Assembly: GCF_006345805.1 (NCBI RefSeq) | Contig: NC_043005.1 | Location: forward strand, 29,760,001 to 29,824,000 | DNA: 64,000 nt | From: Octopus sinensis | Lineage: Eukaryota | Reading direction: 5' to 3' | Shown: positions 26,448 through 40,389 of the stretch, piece after piece | How the letters are laid out: each line of letters begins with the position of its first letter | Numbering within the stretch: the first letter of the stretch is position 1 | Notes under the pieces: model-generated | The model's database searches: none | Told to the model about the DNA's origin: nothing | The model's input: only the letters and a program-made list of their open reading frames with translations | Position numbers and translations under genes: made by a program

Positions 26448-26478
<31 letters not shown>

Positions 26479-26518
26479 GATCATCATCATTATTATTATC
26501 ATTATTATCATTATTATT

Positions 26519-27030
26519 GAGTGAGAGAGCAGTGCATGCCATCAAAGTGACACTGGAGTAAAATATATGAAGCCCAGTATACCCATCAAGACTACCCGTC
26601 TGATAAGAGTACACCAGGCACATGCATCACAACCATATATGCGTGCAACGTGGTGATCTCAGAATTTTCTTCTGGTCAAGTAGCCCATCCTGCTCAAAAG
26701 GTCCCTGAATGAGGAGTGTTTAAGGATGTTGAACGAACCACCCATGTTTCCAAAGGTGAATTATCCAAACCTCTAAGAATTCCTTTCAACATGCAGCTAT
26801 GATGCTCCCCCACTACTTCTGCTCATGATCAGAGATGCACATATCGTCAGCCACTATGGGACATACTCAACTGGTTAAGGTCAAACAACCGACAAGCAAA
26901 TCTATGGTATTGAGCAGAATATTTGCTGTAGCCCATCTTTTATACCATGACAAAACAATGTACATGATAACACTTTCAATCAGTTAAGATCAGAAGCCAC
27001 GAGAGCCACTGTCTGGTACTGCATCAGGGC
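26519..27030 (-). mobile_element. Non-coding retroposon 3' segment ending in (TAA)n
   Basis: Reverse complement of 35380-35905; flanked by ATT repeats. Confidence 0.75.
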
Positions 27031-28256
27031 TTAATCATTATTATTATTATTATAATGCTCCAGCATGATCATAGTGCCCAGGATGGAATAAGGTAAATAG
27101 AAAAGGAAAAAAATATAAATATTGTTAAATTATGAAAGTAAAAACAGACTTTACTGTTTGTTATTGTTTTGTGACAGGTTGTGAGTCTGGTGCTATAAGG
27201 GTATATTCTTTTCTACTCTAGGCACAAGGCCTGAAGTTGTTTTTTTTTGGTGGGGGGACAACCGATTCGATCGACCCCAGTATGCAGCTGGTACTTAATT
27301 TATCACCCCTGAAAGGATGAAAAGCAAAGCTGACTTGGACAGAATTTGAACTTCGAATGTAAAGACAGATGAAATACTGCTAAGCATTTCATCCATGTGC
27401 TAACGTTTCTACTTGCCGCCTTAGTATAAGGGTATATTGTGAATGTAGGGTGACATGATGTGACTAAACTGTGACATGTAACTGTATGATGGTGGTATGA
27501 ACGCCTGGAGATGTGGGTGACATGTGACTGAATAGTCATGTGACTGTATTGTGATGTGATAAATCACAGTTGCTCAACTAGATAAGGTGTCATGTCTCAA
27601 CTGAAAAGTTGTCAATGTTTGATATTCTGTTGCTATGACAACAACAACATTACAAACACTGAATACAGTCAGAAACTGATGTTTTTATTGCATAGAGAAG
27701 AAAGTTTATAAAAATGAAATAAGAAATACATCATTAAGTAATGTTTTGACAAAATAAATTGTTGTTGTTGTTGTTTAGTTCTAGATCAGTCTTGCTCCAG
27801 CAGACTTAGAATCATTTGTTCCAATGTGACCATTCCATCTGTTATTCAGGATTAGAGCTATCCAGGACTACATTGTACTATATGCTCTCTTTTGAAGATA
27901 GCATGGTGTGTTTTTGAGACAGATTTGACTGCTATTTCAAACAAATTAAGGAAGCTCATAATTGGCTTGCTAATTTGAATTCCTGATAATTTTTAATAGC
28001 TTAATCAGAGAATGAAGGGATTTCCATCCCCACTCCATTACTCTTTCCAGTGCCACTGAAACCTGGCCCAAATATTTGCATCAAGGTAGAATTCTCCAGC
28101 TAAAGGCATTGAAAAGCTGTGTAGCGGTGTTCAACTGAGTGTTGGATTAATTAAATGATAATGTTTTAGAGTTTTAATAAAAGGAACGTTTATGTATAGA
28201 ACCAACCATTAAACATTATATTCTTTGTTCTAAAAGTTCCTCTTTATATTTTACAG

Positions 28257-28310
28257 ACCTGTGATTACGCTATGTTTGGACCGATGCGACTGAAGCATAT
28301 CAAATTGTCA
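28257..28310 (+). CDS. PDE8: Internal 54-nt phase-0 exon, probable exon 2 of a PDE8-family cAMP phosphodiesterase (just upstream of the REC domain)
   Basis: Acceptor tcctctttatattttacAG and donor GTAAGT flank the exon. Only frame 0 is open: TCDYAMFGPMRLKHIKLS. From memory it resembles PDE8A ADVQFGPMRFHQDQLQ and PDE8B AEVRIGPMRLTQDPIQ, which precede VLLxFxKED. No database search was run. Confidence 0.72.
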
Positions 28311-29690
28311 GTAAGTACCATTTTGTTCTTCTCAGATGTAATTTTTTTTATAGCCAAGAACTCTAAACCACATTCCAGATTCAAAGTGTTGTGTTCAGAT
28401 TTTTTGGCTAAAAGTAAAAATAAAAAGGAAATTTCTGTTAAAAATCATTTGAACTTACTACTATGGAAATCATATTCTGTATTTGATGGCATTGAAGATG
28501 AACAAGCGTATCAGGTGCAACCTCATTTCAGCAGGAAATATTCAGGAAAAAACATTTCCAATGCATTAAAGCACATAATATTGCTAAACTTTGCATATAG
28601 GACCCAGGAAGATTTTTGGGTTTTTTGAGACATTTTTTGGTGGGTAATAAAGTGTCTTATATGCCATTAAATACAGTAATTTCTGAAATTAATATGTATT
28701 TTTGTTTGGAATCATCTAGTTTATTGTCTTTGCAACTGTTTCTGACATCAGTGTCCATATAAAAACCACTTTTTATTTAATTGTTTACACACAGACTGTG
28801 CATATATTTATTCTGTTACTGTTAGCTTGGTTTGTGATGTGGTGAAGTTCAGCCATGTCTACAACATGTTGAATGATTGAGTAATATATTTTTATTGGAT
28901 AAGGTCTCTTTCTATAACAGTTTTCTGCCCACTCTAGGATTTGAACCTATCACTCCAAAGTAAAGCCTTACCAATTATCGGTTTATTCACTGTTACAAGC
29001 AGCCATTGTTGTATAGTGACATTAACAATTAATGTCTTTCCCAGAAATGGGGTCCCCTGCATTGACATGATATGAACCATCAGTCACTTTGTCAGAATAT
29101 TAATAACCTATTGGCTTTAACCAGCTGCACCTGTCATTCTGTTGCACCTTAACTTTTCAAAGACAATATTCTAGTTTCCCAGTTGTTATCTGCTTTCAGT
29201 TTGATTTTCTAACCAAGCATTGCACATTTTGTTTCCAATAGCACTGGAAGCAGATTAAGGATTAAGTGTGTGTATGGTGGGCTAAATCCCTGCAGACACC
29301 TGAAAATAATTATGCAATATATTCTGCTAATTTAGATAGGTTGCAATGACAAACATACCCCATTCCAGTTAATTATACAAGTTGTATGACTGGGTATTGA
29401 ACCTGTGTAGCTGCATTTAAGGCTTCCAGTTCACATCTCTTGAATTATTTATGGTTTATATGTTGACCAACTTATTGTCTCGAAAGTCTTGTACTAAATT
29501 AATCAGGGACTGAGATTTTCTTACCGATTTTCCTTTCAAGCTTATCCTTTGTTTCTGTTCATTTATTTTAGTTTTTCTGTGTTTTTTTTAACTCTTATCT
29601 AAACTTCTTTTATTGTACTTAGCTTCTAGCGTGGACTTATTCTCCATCATCCCTCTCTCTCTTTCTCACTCAGCAAATACACACACACAC

Positions 29691-29723
<33 letters not shown>

Positions 29724-29831
29724 ACAATTGAGGGTAAAATTAATTAGTTATTAATCAATTTCACCAAGTATTCAGTATGTAAAAGGACCATTTAAGGCAA
29801 ATTCAAAATTTTACTAAGCCCTAATTATATA

Positions 29832-29864
<33 letters not shown>

Positions 29865-30021
29865 TGTATGTATGTACAGGGAAAAGTGTTTTGCTTTTTT
29901 TTATTTGTTTCCTTCCTGTTCTTTTATTATCCAAATCAGTTCCCTTTCCTTGCTTCTGACTATTTTTATAGTCCTGTTCCTGTTATTTTACAATAGATTA
30001 TCATCATCATCATTGTTCAGA

Positions 30022-30389
30022 ATCAAATCAAATTACATTCAAATGGAGATTGTAGTTGTGACCCCTGTGCCAGTGGCACATAAAAAGCACTACCCAAACG
30101 TGGTCGATGCCAGTGCTGCCTTGACTGGCTTCTGTGCCGGTGGCACGTAACAAGCACCATCCAATCGTGGTCGATGCCAGCTCCTCTGGCCTCTGTGCCA
30201 GGGGCACGTAAAAAGCACCCACTACACTCTCAGAGTGGTTGGCATTAGGAAGGGCATCCAGCTGTAGAACCTCTGCCAGATCAGATTGGAGCCTGGTATG
30301 ACCTCCTGGTTTCCCAGACCCCAGTCAAACCGTCCAACCCATGCCAGCATGGAAAACGGACGTTAAACGATGATGATAATGATGATGAT
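30022..30389 (+). mobile_element. RTE 3' UTR/tail fragment
   Basis: Matches 4395-4680; (GAT)n tail. Confidence 0.85.
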
Positions 30390-30619
30390 CTTCTTGTCAT
30401 CATCTTCAACATCATTTCTCATGTGTTTTACTGCATGATAGGGTGCAGCAATGTGCACGCTGGTTATGTGCAATGTTTTGTTTTATTTTATTTATTTCTC
30501 ATTGTAATTGCAATACTCTGCACATTGTATGCATCCAGTGCCTAGGAAATGCGACCGCCTCCCTATATTGTGCATGTTTTACTTCTGGGATTTGGGTTGT
30601 GTATTGTTATTATCCCTTA

Positions 30620-30938
30620 TCTTTTACTTGTTTCAGTCATTAGACTGTGGCCATACTGGAGCACTGCCTTGAAGAATTTTTAGACAAATCAATCGATCCC
30701 ATTGTTAATTTTCTTTTTTAAGCCTGACACTTATTCTATCAGTCTCTTTTGCCAAACTGCTAATGTTACAGGGATGTAAACACAGACACACACAATGGGC
30801 TTCTTTCAGTTTCCCTCTACCAAATCTACCCACAAAGCTTTAGTTGGCTGAAGCTCTAGTAGAAGACACTAGCCCAAAGTGCCACGCAGTGGGACTGAAC
30901 CATGTGGTTGGGAAGCAAGTTTCATATCACACAGCCAC
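30620..30938 (-). mobile_element. tRNA-derived CORE-type SINE
   Basis: Reverse complement of 23792-24204. Confidence 0.8.
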
Positions 30939-32995
30939 GGTGGTTTATATGTTTTTACACATTCTCAAGACATCTATCAGTTTAGAGATTGTTTTTTGGT
31001 TCTGTTTTTTGGTTATCTTTATTTACAGATCTTTACATTTAGATAATTTCTCTGTATTTCCTTTGGAGACACATTATCATTTGTTGAAATTGAGATTTTG
31101 ATTAGGAAGTATTTCCTTTCCTGCTTGTCCTTGACAACAATATCTGGTCAATAAACATTGATCACTTAGTCTGTTTGGATTGGCATAGTCCAGAGTATGG
31201 TCTCTTTGTCATTCTCTGAGACCCTTTTTACCTAGTGTATGTTTCTACATATTTTCTCTGGTTTAGCATTGTTGTTGTTGCTTATCCCTGGTCAAGCAGA
31301 TAAAGATGATGAAAAACACTTCAGCCTTAAACATCCCTTCCTCATTCAGATATGGGGTATGTAAAACTTCATTATCTATTGTGACTTCATTTGAAGGAGA
31401 TCTGACTGCTATTTATAGGAGGTTGAGCAACTACATAGAGATTGCACCTTGGTGGCATTAACATCAACTGCACAAAAGCCCGCAACCGTATTATACCTGA
31501 ATATTTATTCTCTTGCAACCAAGAATCAGCAGCCAGTGAGTATCTGATTGATTTATTGCCATCTTCACATTTTCTGCTTCGTTCAGTGGAATTTGATGGG
31601 ATCATTGTAACCTTGTGTTGCAGTCAAAAATCAATTAATGTCAATTTTTGCTCTTAAAATTCCTCTGGTGCTTTCTCAGTATAAATCTCCCAATCTTGTT
31701 AGAAACTGGAGACATCGATGAAATGCTGTTAGTCCAGTATAAATATCATAAAAATATAACTCTCAGCTGAACTTGGGTGAATTTTGATGTTATGATATAA
31801 TGATTGTTGATGTACATTGAAAAGGTGGTTCTTACCTTTTGTCGATTTTTATCTCATATGTCACTTTCACCTGCCAAGGTACATTGAATACAGTTGTGTT
31901 GATTACACATAAGTGTTTTTAAATATATTTACAAGACATTGATTACTGAGCATTGATTTCCTGTCTCAAAACTGAATTTCTGTTCCAGTTAGTCTTTGTA
32001 ACATTTAAATTACATCAGTAAATTTGTATGTATTTTTTAATCCTTACCATTCACTAATGAAAGCATTGATTCAGTATCAACTTCATGGTAACTCCACTCC
32101 TATCTACAATCGATAAATCCCGATATCACTTGCTTTGTTAGCATTTATAGATGACATAGAAATATTGCATTAATTATTTTCTCCAAGTCCAAGCTCCCTT
32201 TCTCTATTTAAATCATTTATAAACAATTAATATCTTAAATCAATCAATAAATAGTATCAATGAATTCTAACTCACTGCTAGAGGAATTAGCCACCATGAT
32301 GCACAAAAATCGAAGCCAGAGAAATTCAATTAATAAAATACAAAAGACACACATGGTGCAAACAGGAATTCTTTTGACAAGAAGTTCTCTCTAAAATAAA
32401 GTTAAACTTTGTTGCCCCACCACCACCACCACCACCACCACTCTGCCACTACCACCACTCTGCCACTACCACCACCACCACCAATCTGCCACCACCAAAG
32501 AGTGCTTAGTTTTTGACTCCAGATAACAACACTATTTTTTTTATTTTGGTTGCATCTCATCAATATGTAACATCTCATCTGATATGTAACTGCATCATTA
32601 AATGGCCTTGTCATTTTGTTATGGACCCTAACCTTCCCTAGTATATTCTATACCTTGCTGAAGTACCTTGCTGTAGAATAGCCAAACAACAGAATAACCT
32701 CAGTCAATGTCTTCCTTCTCCTACGAGTGTCTCAGAGTGTACCTAAAGGTAAAAAGGTCCCCTGTTCTTTACTCAAAACAATCAGGGAGATTCTGATTTG
32801 GAGAGGTAATAGAAACCAGATGGCTCCCTTCTGTCTTATCACTGCAAAGCATCCTTTATCTCAACCCACCATATCACATTATTTATGAAGAAATAAGATG
32901 GCAAGCTGGTATTTCCTCTGTTTTTATGTTCCTTCAAATTCCACTGATGTTGACTTTGCCTTTCATTGTTTTTTGGGTTGATAAATTAAGTACCA

Positions 32996-33480
32996 TTAGA
33001 AAATTACTATTTTTAAATCTCACAACGAGAGATCTTCAGCAACAGTACTTTGTAGTAAAGATTGTTTGCCAACATAACATGGCAGTCCTGGTTTAGGATG
33101 AATGTTGCTGTAATTTAGCCCTAGGGGACATCGTCTCCAGTTGGCTATACGACACGATCTGTGTCCTTATATTTTTGAACAAGGGAATCTAGCACCCCCA
33201 TTCAGCTCAAAACAATATCTTTGTATTGCAATTTCCAGGTTATTTCCCTTCATCTAGCCAAACATTTATTTTGTGCTGATGAAGGGAAATAACCCGGAAA
33301 TTGCGATACACAGATATTGTTTTGTGCTGAGCGGGAGTGCTAGATTCCCTTGTTCAAAAATATAAGGACAAAGATCGTGCCATATAGCCAGCTGGAGACG
33401 ATGTCTTCTGGGGCTAAATTACAGCAACATTCATCCTAAACCAGGGCTGTCATGTTATGTTGATAAACAATCTTAACTCC
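32996..33480. mobile_element. Fold-back non-autonomous element, family A (most complete copy), inserted in a family-B SINE
   Basis: ~200-bp inverted arms around 33259-33271; 13-bp TSD aaatta(a/t)gtacca at 32983-32995 / 33481-33493. Confidence 0.88.
33272..33312 (+). ncRNA. Minimal type-I hammerhead ribozyme
   Basis: UGUG-CUGAUGA-a-GGG aaauaa CCC-g-GAAA-UUGCGA-UA-CACA. The mirror copy at ~33222-33258 (-) has a 1-nt insertion in the core. Confidence 0.75.
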
Positions 33481-33939
33481 AAATTATGTACCAATTGCAT
33501 ACTGGGGTCGATCTAATCGACTGCCCCCTCCCCCAAAATTTCAGGATTTGTGCCTAGAGTAGAAAAGATTATTTATGAAGAAATGTTGAGAAATATCACT
33601 TTGTTTCATTTATGTTGAGATGTCTTTAGTTATTTGGTGATAAATCCTTTCTTATTGATCCATATTAACTTTAAGCATGATATCCACTAGCTAATGTTGA
33701 TGTGTCTTTAATCATGCTATAATAATGACTCTCATAATTTTATATCTTAATCTTGTCATCAAATCCTGATCTTACGTTGATGTCTCTTTAATCATATTAC
33801 AATCAAAAATAATTTCTCGACAAAGATAATCTAATTACTCTCTTCTCTACTCTCTCATGACATGGTTTTAAAATTAATTTAGAGTTATAATAAGTACACG
33901 TGATGTCCAGCATGATAATGATTCTGCAAGCTTGCCATA

Positions 33940-34428
<489 letters not shown>

Positions 34429-34685
34429 TCCTCGTCCTTCTCCTCCTATGAAATTGTTGGGTGGGGGGTGAATTACATTGACCTTAGTGCTCAACTGGCC
34501 CTTATTTTATTGACCCTGAAGAGAGGAAAAGCAAAGTCGACCTCAGTGCGATTTGAACTCAGAATGTAAAGATGGAGGAAATGCTGCTGAGCCTTTTGTC
34601 CAATGTCCTAATGACTCCGCTAGTTTACTGTTTTAATAATAATAATGATGATGATAACAACAACGACAACAACAACAACAACAAC

Positions 34686-34732
<47 letters not shown>

Positions 34733-35015
34733 TGATGATGATGATGATAATAATAATGGTTTTAAATTTTTGCACAAAGCCAGCAATTTGGTACTTATTT
34801 TATTGACCCCGAAAGAATGAAAGGCAATGTCAATGTCAGCAAAATTTGAATAATGATGATGATGAGGAGGAGGAGGATGACGACGACGATGACGATGATG
34901 ACAACGATGATGATGATGATGATGATGATAATGACGACAACGATGATGACGACGACAACGATGACAATGATGACAACGATGATGATGAAGAAGAAGAAGA
35001 AGAAGAAGAAGAAGA

Positions 35016-35275
35016 AATAGCAAAGTACAAGGACCTAGCTAGTGAATTACAGAGACTAGGGAAAGTGCAGGTAAAATGTATCCCAGTAGTTATAGGTGCA
35101 TTGGGAACAATCCCTAAAGATCTGAACAGATGGATAGTTTAGTACAGCTGCAGAAAACAGTGTTATTAGGGACTGCTAAGATACTTAGGAGGGTTCTTGG
35201 CATTTAAGGTTACTTGTTGTAGCCCAATGTTAGGATTTTTTCTTTTCCAACAGTCTTGCCTGTTGTGCGTATGTG
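35016..35275 (+). mobile_element. 3' end of R4/Dong-type RLE LINE (family Dong-2)
   Basis: KYKDLASELQRL..V..IPVVIGALGTIPKDL and LQKTVLLGTAKILRRVL; embedded in trinucleotide repeats. Confidence 0.85.
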
Positions 35276-35291
35276 AATGTGATGGTGGTGA

Positions 35292-35325
<34 letters not shown>

Positions 35326-35379
35326 GGTGGTGGTGGCGGCGGCGGCGGTGGTGGTGGTGATGCAGCAGCAGCAGCAGCA

Positions 35380-35905
35380 GTACCAGGCAGTGGCTCTCAT
35401 GGCTTCTGATCTTAACTGATTGGAAGTGTTATCATATACATTGTTTTGTCTTGGTATAAAAGATATGCTACAGCAAATATTCTGCTCAATACCACAGATT
35501 TGCTTGTCAGTTGCTTGACCATAAGCTAGTTAACCATGTCCCTTAGTGGCTGACAATATGTGCATCTCTGATCATGAGCAAAAGTAGTGGGAGAGCATCA
35601 TAACCGTGTGTTGAAAGGAATTCTTAGAGGTTTGGATAATTCGCCTTTGGAAACATGGATGGTTCATTCAACATCCTTAAACAATCCTTATTCAGGGACC
35701 TTTTGAGCGGGAAAATTCTAATTGGACCCCACTTGCAAAGTCATGCGCTGTTTTTCTTGATATGAGATCACCATGTCGCGCACATATTGTTGTGATGCAT
35801 GTGCCTGGTGTACCCTTACCAGATGGGTAGTCATAATGGGTATACTGGACTTTGTATATTTTACCCCAGTGTCACTTTAATGACATGCACTGCTCTCTCA
35901 CTCAA
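35380..35905 (+). mobile_element. Non-coding retroposon 3' segment ending in (TAA)n
   Basis: Second copy of 26519-27030, in inverted orientation. Confidence 0.75.
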
Positions 35906-35922
35906 TAATAATAATAATAATG

Positions 35923-35953
<31 letters not shown>

Positions 35954-36244
35954 TAATAATAATAATGATAATAATAATAATTAATAGCAATTAGCACATA
36001 GCTGGTCATAATATATGGTTCTGTGACTAAAACATATCCTCAATAATTTCTATAGACTTTATACTGCATAACTTCTAAAAAAACTGTACTGTATATATTA
36101 CATAGAAAACTCTGAAAGTTAGTGATTGTAAATTGATAAAAGAAAAGATTGTCAGAGATTAATGAGTTCTAAGGAAACACTTCTGTTACCAAATTTCTAC
36201 TGGAATATACTTTGTTTCAATTAATTTTGAAAATAATGAAGAAA

Positions 36245-37035
36245 GGCACAGGAGTGGCTGTGTGGTAAGTAGCTTGTTTACCAACCACATGGCTCCAGGT
36301 TCAGTCCCACTTTGTAGCACCTTTGACAAGTGTTTTCTACTATAGCCTCGGGCCGATCAAAGCTGTGTTAGTGGATTTGGTAGGCGGAAACTGAAAGAAG
36401 CCCATATATATATAATATATATAAATAGATTAGTGGTACAACAAGGCACCAATATTTACTGGAAATAGCAGTCGATACATATACGACACTATAGTAAAGC
36501 TTCACTGCATATATACTGGCAAAGATGTGTGAGTGCAACAAACATGAAAAATTTGTCTTACCTCTAGGAAGAACATTTGATAAATGGACACCCAGAATCA
36601 GATAATGCAGGACCGGTTTCTGACTCTTCAAATACGTTTGTCAACATACATTTGATCCGTCTTCATCAGGTACATTTACCTAGACAATTTTTCAAATGTT
36701 GCTACATTAATGCCAGTACACTCACTTGAATGCTAAGCCATTAACAGAATGAGAACAGTGAAAAAGTTTTCAATGAAGTATAAAATATTGCAATACAATT
36801 GTATTACTTTCCAGTAAAATAAAGTACTGTATATATATATGTGCGTGTTTTTGTGTGTGTGTGTTTGTGTTTGTCCCCCCACCATCACTAGACAACCGAT
36901 GTTGGTGTGTTCACATCCCCGTACTAGGCTTACAAAGAATAAGTCCTGGGGTCGATTTATTCGACTAAAGGCGGTGCTCCAGCATGGCCACAGTCAAATG
37001 ACTGAAAGAAGTAAAAGAATAAAAGAATAAAAGAA
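36245..37035 (+). mobile_element. tRNA-derived CORE-type SINE, interrupted at its internal TA tract
   Basis: Head at 36245-36403 and tail at ~36840-37035 are colinear with 23792-24204. Confidence 0.82.
36604..36676 (-). ncRNA. Type-I hammerhead ribozyme with long stem II, within a ~410-bp Penelope-like insert (~36425-36830)
   Basis: AAUGUAc-CUGAUGA-a-GAC..UCAAAU..AUUUGA..GUC-a-GAAA-CCGG-UC-cUGCAUU; palindromic ACCGGU; GUC cleavage triplet. Confidence 0.72.
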
Positions 37036-37224
37036 AAACTATTAAAATAACTCTGTATTAAGCAGGTATAGAGAACATAAATTAACATGAAGGTTTGATT
37101 GAAGGTTTTAATTAAAATCATGTTAAAACAAGAAGTTTTTCTTATTGGAACAAGGGCAGTCTCAGGCAGGTTGTTATCAAAAGGGTTAAGAAGAATGTGA
37201 CTAACGTTACTCATTGATTTTACA

Positions 37225-37584
37225 TTAGAAAATTACTATTTGTAAATCTCATAACAAGAGATATTCAGCAGTCCCGGTTGTTGTAATTTAGCCCCAGGAG
37301 ACTTCGTCTCCAGCTGGTTATGTGACACAATCTGTGTCCTTATATTTTCAAACTAGGGAATCTAGCACCCCAACTCAGCTCAAAGCAAATCACAATTTCC
37401 GGGTTATTCCCTTTCATCAGCACAGAGTAATTTGTTTTGGGTTGAATGGAGGTGCTAAATTCCCTTGTTTGAAAACATAAGGACACAGATCATACTGTAT
37501 AGCCAACTGGAGACGATATCTCCTGGGGCTAAATTACAGCAACATTCATCCTAAACCAGGACTGTTGGCAAACAATCTTTTCTA
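37225..37584. mobile_element. Fold-back element, family A (third copy), with a damaged minus-strand HHR at ~37389-37424
   Basis: Perfect 13-bp TSD cattgattttaca at 37212-37224 / 37585-37597; inverted arms; UGUG-CUGAUGA..GAAA on the minus strand. Confidence 0.85.
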
Positions 37585-38332
37585 CATTGATTTTACACTT
37601 CACAAAAGAGCCTCCTATGAGTACTTACTGACTAAAAGTGTTAAGAAAAAAAGCAGTAAATCAATTACTGCTGCAGCTACAAAAGTTTCCCTACAAATTA
37701 CATTTTGAATTGTTGGACTGTAAACATAAAGCAGCAGTAAAAAGGCATTAAGATCTCTATGGTGTCTGGGCATAAAAGCATACCTTTATATGATCACTGA
37801 CGTTTTTGTTGAATGTCCCATTATATAAATAAAACTACTTCTGACCTGGATGAACAAATGTATTCAGAATGCTATCACAGAAACAGCAGCATAATACAAA
37901 AAGAAGTCATCCCTACCAGGTATATTGAAAGCAATATCTTCCATTCCTACAGATGTTACCTCAGCAGAGCATTTCTCAAGACAATACACCATTTTATTAA
38001 CGAATCTACTGCAACTATTCTTAGGTGTGTCATGAATCCCAGAATCCAAAAGATTGAGTTTAACCTGGTTTCCCTGTCATATAAAATGTGATTGGGCTTA
38101 CAAACTCTCCCTGGATGGTATGCCAGTCTCCTGTTGTGTTAACTTCCCAGCTCTTCCTGGAACTCATCAGAGTGAACTGGAACAACATAAAATGAAGTGT
38201 TTTGCTCAAGAACACAATTTGCATCTGTGTTAGGAGTGCAACAGACCAAACAGGCCACATATCCTGCAACCAGCTCCAGCCAAATAATGTAAGCATAATT
38301 TTACAATACTGTAACAAAGATGCTCCACATAT

Positions 38333-38756
38333 AGGTGCAGGCGTCGCTGTGTGGTAAGAAGCTTGCTTTCCAACCACATGGTTCCAGGTTCAGTTCCACT
38401 GTGTGGCACTTTGGACAAGTGTCTTCTACTATAGCCTTGGGCTGACCAAAGTTTTGTGTGTGGATTTGGTAGACGGAAAACTGGAAGAAGCCCATCATGT
38501 GTATACACACACACACACATATATGTATATATATATATATGTATGTATATATTTGTATGTCTGTGTTTGTCCCCCTACCATCACTTGACAACCAATTTTG
38601 GTGTGTTTGCATCCCTGTAACTTAGCAGTTCAGCATAAGAAACTGATAGAATAAGTACTACACTTACAGAGAGTGAGTCCTGGGATTAATTTGTTTGACT
38701 AAAAGCAATGCTCCAGCATGGCCACACTCAAATGACTGACACAAGAATAAAAGAAT
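38333..38756 (+). mobile_element. Full-length tRNA-derived CORE-type SINE
   Basis: Colinear with 23792-24204. Confidence 0.85.
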
Positions 38757-39899
38757 ACCCTTGACTACCTAATCTCAATTCCCTTCGACAAAAGCATTCT
38801 GTGATATTCACATTAAACTTAGAAAATAGCAATGTGTAACATTTATGGAGGAACTTTAACATTGAGACAATTCATCTTCATTGACAAACAGGGAATAACT
38901 GAGAACATCTTCCTACAAGACTGCCACTATTAACCATCTACAGAATGTCAGGATTGAAGTTCCACAGACCATTTTGCATGGCTGGGTAGTTGACTGTGAA
39001 TATTAGACAAGAATCCGAGTGACAGGTGCCCTCTTTCTTGAACCACATGTGACCCTAGGGAGACTATACCTGTTCACCATCCAGAGATATTCCAGTTACA
39101 GTAGCAGTACAAAAATGCCCATCACTGATAAGAGCATGTCAAGACATCTTCTTTATCAATGTAAGCAGTAGATTGACCACCTGTTTCTTTCATGGGAAAG
39201 AAATAGAGCAGAAATTTTAATCTGAGAGTAAATGTCTTAATCAGAATACCACTGTTCACTATGTTGTTAACCTACCAATAATGTATACTGTGTTGTTAAT
39301 TCAAAACTTCTGTACACTTTGGTGTTAACTACCGCTGCCACCACCACCAACAACAACACCACCACCGCCGCCGCCACCACTCAAGTGTCAACTACATACA
39401 CCACAGCACTGTACCTTCATATCATCTTCCTAGTTAAAGCAATAATGACTGTCTATCTTTTCATTAAACAAGTAACAGAGTGACTTTTCATGAAATTGTA
39501 AGATTATAAACTATGATGAACAGATATAAATATAAATAAATAAGTAGGCATTATCGTAACAAAACAGCCATTTATTCTGATATATTCTAACATATTTGAA
39601 ATGTTTTCAAAGCTACATTTCAATAAAATGGCAGCAATACTATGTAGTGAGCACATATTCTCAGTATATGTTTTGGTCGAGATAAGAACAACACCAAGGA
39701 TATGTTTTATCTGAAGAATATAATCTGACAGAAACCTATGAGCCCGTGTTCTTGCTGAGCAAAATTAAAAGAATTCTTTTGTGAAGACTTTTAAAATCCA
39801 GTCATAAATAGAGATAGTCGTAAGCAGTGAAATTAATACATGTGTGTGCATATATATATATATGTATATGTATATATAAATATATATAAGTATATATAT

Positions 39900-39937
<38 letters not shown>

Positions 39938-40389
39938 CATTTACCCACACATATGTGTGTGTCTGAGTATAATGTAAACAAAGTGACACAGGAAAGCAAA
40001 CCAAGTCATGTATATATATATGGATATGGATAATAAATATACATGTATGTATGTGTAATAACTGTATGCCGACATATAATGACACACTCCCATTGTAGAT
40101 GATGTATGAGCATTCAGTTTTTGCCAAATGATCTGCACAGATGATTTCTTTACAGTGATCAAATGTTTGTTCCGCACATTACCTCACTCCCTCCATCAAA
40201 TTGATGTAGCATGAACAGGTCCCACAGTGTGCCATGCCTCAGGTGTTGAAGTGATCACAGAGTCACGTGAGATGAAGTGTTCTCCTCAAGAACACAAGAG
40301 AGTACCTGGTCTAGGAACTGAAACCATGATCTCGTGATTGTGAATGCAACACGTTAACCATTAGACCATAGCTCGTCATGTGTAATAAT

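Larger units (their letters stand above)
36181..37185 (-). mobile_element. piggyBac-like MITE split by nested insertions
   Basis: 36181-36243 plus 37036-37185 together match the reverse complement of 43800-44022; ends aagggTTAA. Confidence 0.6.

Noticed and set aside
28272-28628. 118-aa ORF as a standalone gene
   Set aside because: Only its first 13 codons lie in the exon; the rest is intron read-through past a consensus GTAAGT donor.
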